Shown here: one piece after another, positions 10,873 to 24,600 of the stretch
How the letters are laid out: every line of letters begins with the position of its first letter
Numbering within the stretch: the stretch's first letter is position 1
Assembly (NCBI GenBank): GCA_000934665.2
Contig: JYFJ02004099.1
Coordinates: 1-34,787, forward strand
Reading direction: 5' to 3'
Source: Catajapyx aquilonaris
Taxonomy: Eukaryota
DNA: 34,787 bases
Made by a program: the position numbers and the translations under genes
Notes under the pieces: model-generated
Told to the model about the DNA's origin: nothing
The model's database searches: none
What the model saw: the letters and a program-made list of their open reading frames with translations, nothing else

Positions 10873-13535
10873 GAAGATAGGCATAGTGTGTGCCCCGTGC
10901 GCATCATAGCCTTCAATTTAACCGGAAATCTCGCGTTTTATCCAACACCATCTGTATTCTAGTTCTGAAACCGGCCTGAGATGGTCTACTTACCGACTCT
11001 CCTACCCCAATATTCGGCCCACTGACTTTTATTTTAAAAAACAAGACTCACTCGACCAAATTTACGCCCATCTTATTTATAATATAAAACCCTGAAGCCT
11101 GTCACGAGATGGACTACTTGAGTGTCACGTTCAAGGCATGATGCTGCAGCAGCTCGGCCTAAATTTTGCACGGCAGTTAACCCTCGGCGCGAATGATTGT
11201 TAGCGTAATTAATTGCACCTGTCGCGGCGTGTGTGTCGAGCGTTTCCTGCGAGTTACACCTGAGGCTTTACCCCTCAGGTCCCCTTTTCCGAGCTGGAAG
11301 GCAGCAAAAGGGTGATGGTGAAAGCGCTTTGCAACCGCTGCCTCTTTTGCATTGGCATTTGCACTGCAAGAGGGAGCTTGCTGAATAGCTTTTATAAAGT
11401 GCAATAACAGAGTAGCAGGTCGGCCTTGATGGGAAAACTGCTCGGCACCTTTTGGCCACTCCCATCTCTGAAGGACATCAATCAGATGCTGTGGATTTGG
11501 AAGGAAATGGGCGCACATATATGCATTAAGTTTTTTTTTTCCCTGGTGTTTCTACAGTAGCGTAAGACTCACTCGGAATGAAAACTAATGGTTGTTTCAC
11601 ATTAGCAGGCAACGCCCGGGCCTAACGAGCTCCTCTCTTATTATTCAGCGAAATAGTGAAAAATGAGGGTAGGGATTTTTAGGATTCCGTAGTTTTAAAA
11701 AATGTATAAAAAAACTATATTTGTCATCCGGTGTTGCTTCGTACCTGCACATGAAAGTTGAAGTGCACGAGGGAAGTGAAGGGTGCTTGGCCTACATTTT
11801 TTTTGTGTTGTATCCAGTTCGAGGAGTTTCATACGCAAGCAATGCTCTTTATAGCACTACAATGGTAAAAAAGAAAACATATGCTGTTTGTTTGTGGGGC
11901 GGAGTAATGCGGTTAATTATTTGCGAATGGCGTTGTTTACATTTTCTGACCAGGTTGGATTTGGCGCGTTTGGGCCGCATTTTTGGCACAAGGCCCATGT
12001 ACTGTATAGTAATAATTAATTAATTATCTGAGCAATCAATAGCAATCAATTATAATTAATAATTGGTTAATTTTGCAATCACAACATTGCGGTTATCAGG
12101 TCAATATCGGGTCATTTGTGTCAGCCTATAACAATGTATTATTGTTTATAATGGCCATGTGTTTGCTGCATGTCGCCGTAAATAATAAGTACATATCGGG
12201 AGTGACAATTATTTCACCTTTGTCGAGTTTACCGAGTGGGATATGGGCAGTCAATTAGCGACCTGTCTTTTTGCACTGCTGACTTTCCATGAAAGCAGAT
12301 TGAAGATAACACATTGCGAGGCTGCATGAACACACACACAGCTGTTTAGGGCTCTATTGTTGGACTGACCCTCCTTTCAGCTTCAGCGGAATAGAATCCG
12401 CTCCCAAGGAACGGCGTGTAACAGGATGCATACATTTGTAATTCGAAGAAGTTACAAACTTTCCCATCACTGGACACGGTGTTTACCGGCATCCTAGAAA
12501 ACGTGTCACGAAACAACATTCATATTGATATAGCATTATGTTCATTGCTCGTTATTTTCTCATTAGTGCTAATAATTTGCAAAGTTTTTTATACACCAAA
12601 CGCTAATGTGCAGTACAATTAATTGGCTTTTTCCTGAGCATGGGGCCCCTCCAGTTTCAAGAGCTGGGATTGTAATTTATATCAGTATATGTTACAACAA
12701 ATTTCTACTTGTTGATATCCCACCCGATAAATCACTAGTTATTATTGGTGCTCATATATATATATAGATCGGGCTCTAATAAGCCCTCTTCACAAAGGGC
12801 TATGCGTTGAAATAATTAATAACGTGCGTGTAAAAACAGTTTTTAATTTGCAGTTGAACGCATAAGCCATTCTGTGCGCTCTTCATTACGCCCCCGCCGA
12901 AGAGCCATTTTCCAAAATTTGAAACGGCGATTCGAGCAATGAATCAAACTCGGTTAAGCATCGGGAAGGGAAATATGACGCCACCAAAGGTATCCCGAGG
13001 GAAATCGTGGGAACCATAGCCGTTTCGCGAATTGGAAAGCAATAGAAGCAGATTACGCCCTGCATTCGTCACAAGTTTGGTCAGCCAGACAATGCATTAC
13101 AGATTTGTGACGGGCCCCGTGGATTTAGTGGCCGTCATTATTTATTTATGAGTGGACAGGGAGGGGGTGTGTTTGGAGAGGTGTGGGTATCGGGTTCTAC
13201 AACTCTCATCGGCCAAACGCTCGTTTTCGAAGCCCTAATTTAATTTGTGTAATGAAGTAGTTGTGTCCACCTACCCACCCCGGACCACCTCCCAATAGAG
13301 CCAGCTATTACCTGCTGGGTACAAGCTATTTTCTGTGGGCAGGAGGTCGGATCTTTTGAAATCGAGAGGTGGACTGTCCCATTTCCGTGACACACTTGTT
13401 TCACCTCCACACAATTACACAATCAAAACTTTCGCGGTGTGACACCGTCCGTGAGACATGCACCAGAACAAGCCCGATAACAGAAAAAAAAATGTACAGT
13501 GGTGTAACTATTTTAATGTTTTAAAAAGTGAATTA

Positions 13536-13905
13536 TACATCGATTTGCTGGTGTTATATATCGATGTATCGTCTTTTGTGCGATATATCGTAATATCGCC
13601 TTGATTGTGTCATATATCGATATATCGTATTGATTGCGAGATATCAAATATCACCTTGTATGATATTGTATATCAATATATCGCTCTACGTGGGAGATAT
13701 ATCGACATAAATATCGTCTTTTTGTGCGATATATCGACATAATTATCGTTTTTGTGAGATATATATCGTAATGTTCGTTTGTTTTGCGATATATCGAAAT
13801 ATCACCTCTTTTGTATCAAAATTTCTAGTGCGATATATCGATATCCTTTTGTGCAATATAGCGAAATATCGTCTTGTGCGATATATCGAAATATTGCGCA
13901 TGTCT
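13536..13905. repeat. Degenerate tandem array of ~25-32 nt units (approx. GATATATCGAWATATCGTCTTTTGTGC); probable subterminal repeat of a hAT-like non-autonomous element
   Basis: About 11-12 units with the palindromic core CGATATATCG. The array ends in ATATTGCGCATGTCT (reverse complement AGACATGCGCAATAT), similar to the terminus of the 240-416 element. Confidence 0.8.
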
Positions 13906-16900
13906 TGGTCCTTTTTGGAGGACAGTAGAAAATTGATCAGCAGCTCTCGTGTTTCTAACCCTATACAGCCGCTCTCGATCCGGATTTTTCTACCCTTTTG
14001 CACAAACTCCGGAAGCCGCATTCGTCCGATTTACATCACAAAACCAAGGCCGAGACTCGGCAAACTCGGTCCTAAATCATGGAGATTTTGTCAAGACACA
14101 ATTGGAATGCTTTACAAGGCGCACAGCAGGCCTCTAAAAATTTGGGGAGGAAACGGAACCAAAGTTGCGTATCTTCCATCGGAAAATGTGATGTCATGGA
14201 GAAAAGAGGGATGAAGAAAAAGAGCTTTTGTTTACCTTAGGATCACCTGAGTCTCCGGGTTTTTTTTTTCAGGGTAGTTTTTTTCTTCTTTCCAGTGAGA
14301 TTGATCCGGTGGACTAGGCCAGGAGTGTGGGTAGATCTTTTGGAAAGGTTTGCACCGCGAAATTGAGAAGGTGTTGGAGAGCACGAGCCGCACTATTGAG
14401 CGTCGGAATTGGATCCGTGCTGCGTGCAAGCAGGACAAGAGCAAATGTCCTGGTGCCCACTTCGCGAAAAAAAAACCTGCCACAAATTGCAAAAAACACC
14501 GAAAAAAAATCCGGACCTTTTTAGCCCCCCCACCTGAACCCTTGTCTTTTGGGGTGGAAATGAGGTCCAAAAGGCATATAATTTTTTTTGATTGCAGTGG
14601 CTCTTCATCAACTCGGAAGCTTTTGGAGACGGAAAAATGCATCGAATTTGCTTTTTTAAATGGGGGAAAAATTAAGTTTGCGAGTTGGATAATTGAGTTT
14701 TCTAGGGTGGGATTGGAGCGTGTAAAAGAAAGTGGGCTGAATTTTTGTTACCATTACCGTTTGCTATGGTAAAAAAAAAAAAACGATTTGAATTTGTCTA
14801 GACACGAAAGTACATTTCAAACCTTGAGTCCCAATCAACACTACGGCTAGGGAATGGTCAAGGATAACTAACCTTGAAAGTAGCATGACCTAGACCCACA
14901 ACAATGAACGCGTGCATTACTCTCGTTTGCAGCAGCATGCTCATTTCTCATGGGAAAAAGTGCAGCTCGGAGTTGATTTTCCGCCTGTAAAATTCATAAA
15001 GAAAAAAAAAAAACCTGGGGAAGTAGGAACCGAACCGGCAGTGTTTGAAGCCTAGGGGACGATTTGCGGATGATATTCCTCCGGATTTTCCGCACGGATA
15101 AACCACTTCAAAGGATCGCTTGAGTTCGTCAGATCAAACCAGACTTGTCTTGGGGAGCGAATTATTTCTCGTCCCTGCGGAAGAATTGGTCGGGAGAGAG
15201 AGAGAAACGAAATGAGATCGAGAGTCTTTTGATATTACTTTGCTTTTCCGGCAGAAAAACCGTATAGGAATGACAAGGTCGTACTTTTGGAACCGAAATT
15301 TCCCCAAAGTAAGGTCTTCAGTTAGAGCAATTATTGTCTCCAGATGCCACTTGGTATCCGGTGGATATGCAGAGACCCGTGAACCCTTTTCCTGATGCTT
15401 AGTTGGGCTTGGTTTGGATGTTTCCGGGAGAAAATCTGCTAAGGAATCTGGTGATGGTTGAGTCGGTACCAGAATGTCCCTTTAAATTTTAATATCCCGT
15501 CAATTTTTTTTGCCTGCTGGAGCTGCTGCAAATTGATTCTGCACCGAAGGCAAACAAAGGTCCGGCCATGACTAATTGTTCCAGTCGGTTGAGGCCCGGA
15601 ATTAGTACGGGGCCCAGCTTAAATGCGTATTAATAATTCGCTAATCGATTGTCGTCTGTCGGTACCTTTTTTTTTGTTGTCGCAGCGCTTCCATATTCAT
15701 GCGTTTTGACTGCGGAGGTGCGACCCAATTTTTTGGATAAAAATAATTACAAGTAAAAGTCCATATCGGATCCGATGCAACAGGAACAATCATAAACACT
15801 GAACATGTTCAAAGCCAATTATGTTAGCTCCACAGGGAGATGAGTTAGTAAAAAACTAGTGATTTTCATTGCATCAAAACAGGCGCATATACACATGAGG
15901 TATGGGTGGGACATAGGAAGCTCAATGCACCCACCATAAATCAGTCCAGGACATGACGTAGAATAGTGTATCCCTCCCCTCCGAGTGGCAAACTCAATTT
16001 GAGCTTTTCGCGTCATGTTGCTGTGCAGCTTGTAACACTATCATGCATATGCTGAGCTCCAAGCCCCTCCCTTTTACTAAAAAAAACTATACTTGGTTCG
16101 AACCGATGAAATTTGCTAACCAGGACAGGCTGGGATTGCGGCCTTCCAAATTAATCCATTCACTGAACCCTCGCCCAGCCCCGTTTCTAAACTGCTCATG
16201 ATTTTGTAAAGTTATTTATGGGGGCAGTTTGAGCTCGTGCATGTGAAATGGCTTAATGTGATCGTTATGACTGATTTCGTTGCGTCGCATTTCGAGAGAG
16301 TTGCGTGCGTTTTTTTTATATGGTTACGCTGCTGGTAACTTGGTTTCGCAAAAATATGAGCGTGGATCGGATATCCGGGGACTGTTGTTGAGAGGTACAG
16401 GGATAAGGTTGTGCCCCAATATTCAGGCAATGATGAGCTTGTGAATAAATGAGTAGAAACATGGACACTGGTGATATAATATGTAATGGTCCAGACGTCG
16501 AGACTTTTCAGAGTGAATGTTGCTTGTGAAATATTTACAGCAAAGTCACTGAACCTGATATCCGGCCCATCAGAATGATATGTGACAAAAATTTTGACTG
16601 AATTTTCCCAGGCGATGCACACAGCTAAATTACTGCTCTAATTACCAGCTCCATTTAGGGAGTTTAATTACCCCGTATGCACATTTTAAGCGACGAATGT
16701 AGGGCAAGGCAGTGAATCGCCAGATGATTTTTATTCGCAAGGACATCAACCCTGTGTTTATGCTCGCAAAATGTACACTGCAGATTAGAATATTACTCGT
16801 ACATGCACAAAGTGTTCGAGTCCTTTATAATACTCCAGACTAAAAATGGACTCTGAGATAAGGACTTGGTAGAGCCAGACTTTTTTCATGATTCACTTGA

Positions 16901-19900
16901 CGTGCATATTTTATGAATCCATACCTCAATGGCGCTGAGCCGAATGAGCTCTTTTTTAGTGCAGCTCGAGTTATGACCCAGCATCAAAATCACGTCCATC
17001 ATTTGCCCTCGTGTACAATGACCATTAACTGCAGAGCTTGTTTTAAAACTTTGATATTGGGGGGGAGCGGGGAGTAGAGCAGATTTCGAGCTAACTGAAG
17101 CCGTACCAGAAGGCATCAATGTGTGTCCGATAACCCATGTAGCCTTATCTATCTTTTCATGGTCCAGTAGCGGCTGCAGTCCTAGCACTTCGATCCGGCT
17201 GAATTTTTTACGACAACCTCCAGGCGATGTTCTCGCTCTTCTGTTTGTTCACGTTTTATAAGCTACATTTTCTGTGCAGATAGATACAGTTTTTTTTTGT
17301 TGGTGTCATATCGATAGGATAGGTTGTATTTATGCGATTTTTTTCGAGCCGTATTGTGACACTCCGGGGGCATAATTTTTGCGGATGGCAGATCTTGGCA
17401 AATGAATATTTTTTGGTCGTTAGAAGCAGAAGAAAGGAATTGGAAAAAATGGCTGAAGAGTGAAGAGAGTCAGAAATTGACAGCTGGGCTTTGGAAGCTA
17501 ATTTGGCGGAAAATCTTGGCTCTGACTTGGGAATGTCCCGAGAGAGATGAAGGAATGCAAAGTTTTGCATCCGTATGGAAGTCTTCAGCTACCACCAGGG
17601 GGTCTCAGGCACTAGATGGAAATGTTTTGTTTGCGTCACCACCAAGAAGTCAAGGCTACCTCCTCTCCCTCCCCATTTCCCCCTCAGCAAGTTGCAGTGT
17701 ATGGATATTAACCGAAGCGAGACCCGGATCTTGAAACAGCGAATGGCTTTTAAAGTTCACCCTGGAAGACCTCTACTGGATCAATAATGGAGGGGCTAAA
17801 AGGTCTGTCGCAGTGATTATTGAAATGCGGCTTGATTTAAAAAAAAAATTGCAGACTCATTTGGTGTAACGTATATATGAATTATATTTTTAAATTTTTT
17901 TTACAAATACTTCTCTTTTTATGATGAGAAAATGAAGAGCATGTGTCCTTTATATAGGACGGTGGCATATCTGGGTTGGGATATGCCTTAAAATGGTAAT
18001 GGTTAGACCGAAAAGAGAGTTGGAATTGCAAACACCTTGCAAGGCGGTATACCTCCGGATCGTACATAAAACAAACAGGATAACTATTGTAATGAAGTTT
18101 AGTCCGGGAGTTTACCCGGAGAGACTTTGTTTTATTTACGTGTTAGGGATTGCAATTGGAACCCACCTGATTTCGCTTGTATTCCACGACGACTCGGGCT
18201 TTCAAACTCTTGCGAATATCCGCAGTAGGATTAACCCCCCTTAAACTAAAAAAAATCCGGGTCACAAACTCCGGGCCCAGGAAAAGGGTAACTTGGTTAG
18301 AGCCGTGACTGATGGCTCTGTTTTCATAACCCGGGGTATAATATTAATAATAGAGAAAGGGTCGCGCATCTTATCCGGTTTACTGGCAGACGCCGCCCGG
18401 AATATGAAGGGGCGCAAAAGTGCGGCTTGCGAATATTGGCGAGAGGCTAAGGCCCTGACTCAGATTAATGAAGGCGACCTAGTGTCGGAATTTTTGCGTG
18501 GGTGCAGATATGGACTAATCCTGCCGGATTTTGCAGACAGGCGGAAAAGGTCAGAAGTGACGTCTATTGTGTCGGCAGGAGGAGACCAGATTGATGGCAC
18601 TGTTGGGAAGTCATTGTTTTGCAAGAAAAAAAATTCGTTATTTTTTTCGGACTGTTTTCATACTATGTGATGTGGCATATATATGAAACACCGGCGGTCA
18701 TATTGGCTAATTTTATAACTGTTTTATGCGGGTTGTGTGGGAACAGATATTGTAAAAACCCGACGCTATTCACATTTGCATGCCAGCTTTTGACAATCAG
18801 CCGCTGTCCCCGCACTTTAAAAACATTTATTTTTAAAACATAAAACGCTTTTATCTATACAAACGCACATGACACGGTATTATTGGGATTCATTATTGCA
18901 TCGCTAATTTTCAGACCAATTTTGTGTGCGATTATCCTGCTGAGTCTATTAACCAGAGGAGCTTAGATGAGCCCCACTGCTATGAAAATTCCGGATAATT
19001 GTCCGGACTGTTGCCCCTGGTTACGTCTTCCATAGTATAATGTAACTGCTTGGCAACGTGCTGCCAACTGACTATTTTTCTCTGCGACAAATTACAGGAT
19101 ATGATTCAAATATTGATGCTACATTAGTCCTAGGCAGTGAACGGGCTATTTTAGGCGGCCGTACACGTTCAAGCGGCAGTTATTGAGCGACGTCGGAATG
19201 ACGTCACGCAATGACGCCAAAAAATGGCATCTGCTTTATGTCTTCTTCCTGCCCAGATTACGCATATCCCTCAATACGTCAGAGGATCAAACCAGTTACA
19301 TACAGTCGCCTTAATTGCCACCATTGGAGTTACACCGCAAAAAAAAAAAGTTTCGCCACAAGATGATGTCAAGAGCTGGCATGGTTCCCACTCATTCGTA
19401 TAAGGACACGAAGTGAAAACATCCGTGCGCAAACCTAAGGCTGGGTTGCAGAGCATCTCCTGAGGAAAAGCAACCGCAAAACCCTTCTCCTGGTCGATAG
19501 AGTGTGAAGCTGAAGTGCTGCCGGTTTTATAGGATCGAAAATCCATGCCCTGGGCTGGTGGAGGCCCACCTCCAATTTAAAAAGTTTATTCCCGCCAAAC
19601 GAGTTTATGGTGTCGTCCGGCGGGAAAGGCAACACGTGGGATTAGAATCATTGGTGCTTTTTTTCCAGGAGAGGTTTCCGCAGAAATAAAACCCAAAGGG
19701 GTTGAGGAACATACGGTTTTAGCTGTATAGGTAGCACGGTCCCTAAGGCCATGTTGTTAATGAGTTGATGAGGCCGTTTCGCAGATAAACGTGTTTACTC
19801 GCTCAAGAACACTCGTTTGGCATTGAATTCGAGTCTGTCAAGGACGCTTGCGTAACTGGGCTCGCAAAATGATTAACAGGATTTGCAAGTTTGCTAGTAC

Positions 19901-21432
19901 GGCCAGTCTATAAGGGATGCTGCAAACAGCATATTTTCAGTCGAGCGTAAATTTAACATGAGGCCTATTCGCAAATGTTTTGGATGCAAAATCGGCGCAG
20001 TTTGTCATTCAGAATGACTGACAGAACTGTCCTGTACACAGCGATATGATGGGTGGAATATCATATTTATCCGGGTCCGGATAACACTAGCGGATTCAAA
20101 CTGGATGCAAACATAATTGGTTCCATGTTTTATATGTGGTTTTTTAAACTCGTGATAACAATGCTGGCTGGCCAGATTAGCATTTTGTGCTGTGGTGTTG
20201 ACATTTTTTGTTATTTTATTTAAAAAATGTCCACCTTTTGAACCTAAAAGCTAACTGACCTGCTGATTATTCGAGACACTTTGCTCTTATACTCCTGACT
20301 TCTGGGTACGCCTCTACGTTATACAGTTATGCTGAGAAGCATATCCGACAGGCGAAACACATTTGGATTTTTTTGGTACTGTTTACCTGCTCGTTAGTGG
20401 CAGGTGTACAGTATACAGGCACGAGTTTTACCACAAATTGGAGCGCTTCAGTGCGACGAAATAATAAGCAGGCGACGCGACGGTGGTTGGTCAGGGTTTC
20501 ATACTATAGCACCTTTCTGGTTCTGGTGGCAAAAACCTCCAAATCCGCACGGTTGAATCGGACCAACTTATTTCATTTTTTCCGTATCTCTTTTCCCGCC
20601 CCTCTGCGCTTCTTGGCATTTTCCACAACTGTCGCTGAACTTTGTGTGCACTTTATATGAGTTCTCGTTGATTTGGTTCCCTTGACCTGACCGAACCCGT
20701 CAGAAGGGGATTCCCTACATTTCTATCCGTGGGAGCCACGCAGCTGCAGGATCGGAATTTCCAACGAAATTGAAACTTGCCACTGTGACACTTTTATCCT
20801 CCACCGCAACACAATCCAATAAGCTTGGTTCCTCACCCCCCCTCCGAATATATACCAGTTCCCTCACTCTAATTCTTGGGGGTCCCCCTTCCCCATAATC
20901 AAATCACATGGCTTATAAACTGCAGAGGACAGTCCCCTCCCTTATAAAAGAGGGGGTAAGAATAAGGGGGGAAAAAGTGGAAAAAGAGAAAAGAAGTGTA
21001 GGAATTGGAATAGCGACGTCCGCTTTTGCAATGACTCTGAGACGAGGGCTCGTAAAATATCCGGACCGACTATTCTAGTGACACATCTCCAACCGGCCTA
21101 TTGGAATCTGCAGGGAAATTTTTCATTTTGCAGAGCACTCAAAGTCACCCACAAATATAATATATTTTTTTGCTCTCGTTTCTTTTCTCCACATTTTTTG
21201 GGAGGTGGGGTTGGTCGTGGGGGGCATTCTTTTTCATATTGCGGACCCCCCGCGACAATCCAGCCGACGTTTATTGGCTTTAAGTATACGAATGACGGAT
21301 TTCCTTTCTTTTTTTTTTACTGAGAGGACATCGGCTTGGTGACAATTTTTATACTGGAAAATATGTTGGAGCTATGCCTGTTGCATACGTGTAATTTTGA
21401 CCCTGTATGGGGCTTATGTCGCCTGTAATTTT

Positions 21433-21640
21433 GAGCATAATTCTCGGGTGCCCGGGGAAACGCGCATAAGTCAAAAAGATTTCTTGACTTATGCGCTTTT
21501 CCCCCCGAATCCGAGCATTCACCTCTATAAATAATCGACCTCATTGATAAGACTCGGATTCGGCGGAAAAAGAGCGTAAGGAAAATAATTAGCTGTTTGA
21601 CTGATGCTCTTTTCTCCGAGCATCCGAGAATTATGCTCTG
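21433..21640. mobile_element. MITE-like element with ~45-nt imperfect TIRs and internal inverted repeats
   Basis: GAGCATAATTCTCGG (21433-21447) is the exact reverse complement of CCGAGAATTATGCTC (21624-21638), and the match extends inward ~45 nt with about 7 mismatches. The right end reads ...CTG followed by TA (21641-21642). Confidence 0.7.
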
Positions 21641-24600
21641 TACAGTCATCATGACTAAGGTGAAGTCAGGAAATGTATTGCTTCATCCGTGTAAAGTTGG
21701 TGGCATGAAACTCGTGCTACATCGCTTATAGTTTGACCTTTTTTCTGTTCCGGAAAAGAGTTATAAAAGTCACCTTCTGATAAATCGACGACGTTGAATT
21801 ATTATCGTTGGCGTTCTGCGAAAGACACGATTCAATTTCCTCCCAATTTTTTTGTTTCATTTTTGTCGAGGAGCGCCTTTACGACTGATTATCCGGGCAG
21901 ACAATATGCTTCTTTTGGAAACGAGGGGGATGTGAATGGTGGCAGGCGCCATTTGGAATCCGGCCCCCGCCAACATCTGATTGGTATCGACGTGATCAGT
22001 GTGCTTTACTCAGAAAGGGGAAGAGGAGAAGAGAAAGAAGAAGAAAGGATAAAAATATATGTGGGGGTGACCACCGAGTTGGTTGGAAAGAATTTTGTTT
22101 CCCAATGATGTGGATTTGGACATTGTTTTTACTGTTGATCGGAAACTGGCAACAACATTGTTTTGAAAATAGTTTGAGCGTGAATCACATCAAAGCACTG
22201 TACAGAGTTGACATACTGTTTGCGCCCACAAAAAATATTGTCAAATTTGCAACCGAATGTCCATTATCCTTTGTAACGAATTTTGGGAATTCATGCATGT
22301 TCACTTGAGTGGTTAAATTGGTGACAGCGCTGTTTGATGTCACTGTTAACATTATAGTGATGGTTGCCCATGTCACCAGTTACAGAATTGCTTCCAATAC
22401 TGTTTGCTGGGTTGGACAATTCGTAATTTTTAATACGCATAATGATGAGGACTTGAGCAGTGAACCACATGTACAAACATGCGGTTTACATGCTGTTCAA
22501 ATTTTATAGGTATTTTATCATCGCGAGCGATACAGTTTCATGTGTATTTGGGCTCAGATTGTGTGGTGCGTTTGTTGGCAATATCTATATTTGTATTTTG
22601 TATTATTCTCTAGTTGTGTTGACAGTATTTCGTAGTTACATTGACAGGACGAACCCCCGCATGTCATCGGATTTTCGCCTAGCCTGTTTGTCCGCATTTG
22701 TGGCCATATTATACGCACCGGTTTGATTGCTGTATCTGGGCGTTGTCATATAATTATTTTCGCGGCACTGCACAAACTTGGCAGAGCTTGTTTTTGATCG
22801 CTGAGATAATGTAATTTGTTTCCTTGACGCATTCAGAAGTCTATTTCTAAGCTGGCATTTGGTTTGCAGTGAAGGCTCTATTGTGTATAGGCCCAGAACT
22901 GAAACTGACCAAACTAGTTTTCTATGCATTAGGTTTATACGCTCGGGTAATGGAAGCGTGTCTTCTTTCCTTTCTGTGTGTGCAGTATACTACCCCGCAG
23001 CAATTGCTCGTTTCAGTACGTACATATTGTGTTCTGGCATTGCATTTGCATCCATTTCACCTGTAAAAATATACTATTAAAATACTGTGTCGACATTAGC
23101 GTTAATGAGAGTTAAGACGCCCTGAAGGCATCTGACTTGATGCAATAACAAGACACAAAATGGAAGCAGACGTTAGGTTTATTATCATCATTAACTTTGA
23201 CATTTAAAATGCACGTACACAGTCGCAGCATACATTGCTTGTTAAAATAGTCCTGACATTTATTATTTATCATAACACAAGGTTCCTTTCCATTTGAGAG
23301 AGAAAATACTGGAAATGTATTTACAGTCCAACAGTAATGGAAATGCTCACTATGCAGCAGCATCCATTTAAGCTTCTAGAATCGCGACAATGGAATGTTT
23401 CCTTCGCCCGATTGTGTTTGAATATGAAATCCAAGTGATTCTGTCCTACTCCTCAAACTGCTGGACATTTCGATCCATCTATATCCATCCCTGTAAACGG
23501 ACTCTCATGACGAGGGTATAACTCGAAATTGAACTTGAAGGTCGGATATTCAGATATGCATGAATCCTGCGGTACACCCCAACTTTCCGAGCCGGGGTTC
23601 TGAACTCTCCCTTTTTGGAGAGGGGGTCCAGACCACGGGGTTAGGAAGTTGGAAGGTAAAGGAAATTGTCACCCAGCACCGAGGAAGGGATTTGGCCACC
23701 CGGTCCTTGTCGTTATACCACAAGGGCCCTTGATTGCCAGAAGCAGAGGCCATCATCTTGCAAAGCACGTCAACCACGGGGTCTCCCTTCCCGCATTTTT
23801 GTGCTCGAGCTAAGGAAACGTCACTGAAGTTTCCTCTTCTTCATCTTCATTTTTTTTTTTTCTTCTTCTTCGTTTCCCTTCCTCCACTTCTTTTTCCTGG
23901 GCTCTCTTTGAGATGCGGTTTAGACCGCTGGGGGAGGTTCAGATTGCGCCTGAAGCCCTTCCAGCTCCCAAGATACTCTCAGTCTTGTAGCTTCTCGTGA
24001 ATGAAAATGTGTACTTCATTGCGGGGAGCTAAATCTAATTTTTTTGTGGCCTTGCTCTCTTTCCTCGGAGTTAGACTTTTTTTTTCTACGTTCTTCTTCC
24101 CCTCTGCCTTTCCTTTATATTCTCTACCCCGCTTTTTCTTCTCGCCGAGTGAAGCTCAGATTTCACTCCGGACTTTGGTGTGTCCCCAACTAACCGGGGA
24201 CCCCGGAGAGATTGGGGGGAATTGAAGGACCCTCTCAGGACAGACAGGAATGGAGACCATGGAATGACCAGTTCTCAGTAATTGTATGGAGAAATTAGTA
24301 CGCATGAGATAAGCACAAAGTGATTTGAAGATCTTTATAGCCGAGCCGAGCTGGCTTCTTTTCGCAGAAAAAGGAGCGGAAATGCGGAATGCAATATGCA
24401 AAATTGCGACACTGCACTGGCATTAAAGTGAAAAATGTATCCCAAGTTTTTTGTCCTCGTTTAAGAACCGTGTAACCCATTTTTTGGACAAAACCTGACA
24501 TGTTGTCATGCAAACTAGCGCCATTTATTTTTCTTACATAACAAGGCTCTGCGTCTACATCGCCCGAATATTTGTGAACTCGCCCGACTATATTTGCACT

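Noticed and set aside
4858..11001. Exact 14-mer ACTTACCGACTCTC at 4858 and 10988
   Set aside because: One or two 14-mer repeats are expected by chance in 35 kb and the flanks do not align.
13536..13905. CRISPR array
   Set aside because: Units are degenerate with short, similar T-rich linkers rather than unique spacers; no cas genes; eukaryotic intron.
13743..14772. Overlapping 92-147 aa ORFs on both strands
   Set aside because: They derive from the GATATATCG array and A/T homopolymer-rich sequence; no recognisable domain.
16212..18670. 100-136 aa ORFs (16212-16622, 16886-17188, 17402-17734, 18293-18670) as nested genes
   Set aside because: Mostly non-ATG starts, no domain motifs and no consistent exon structure.
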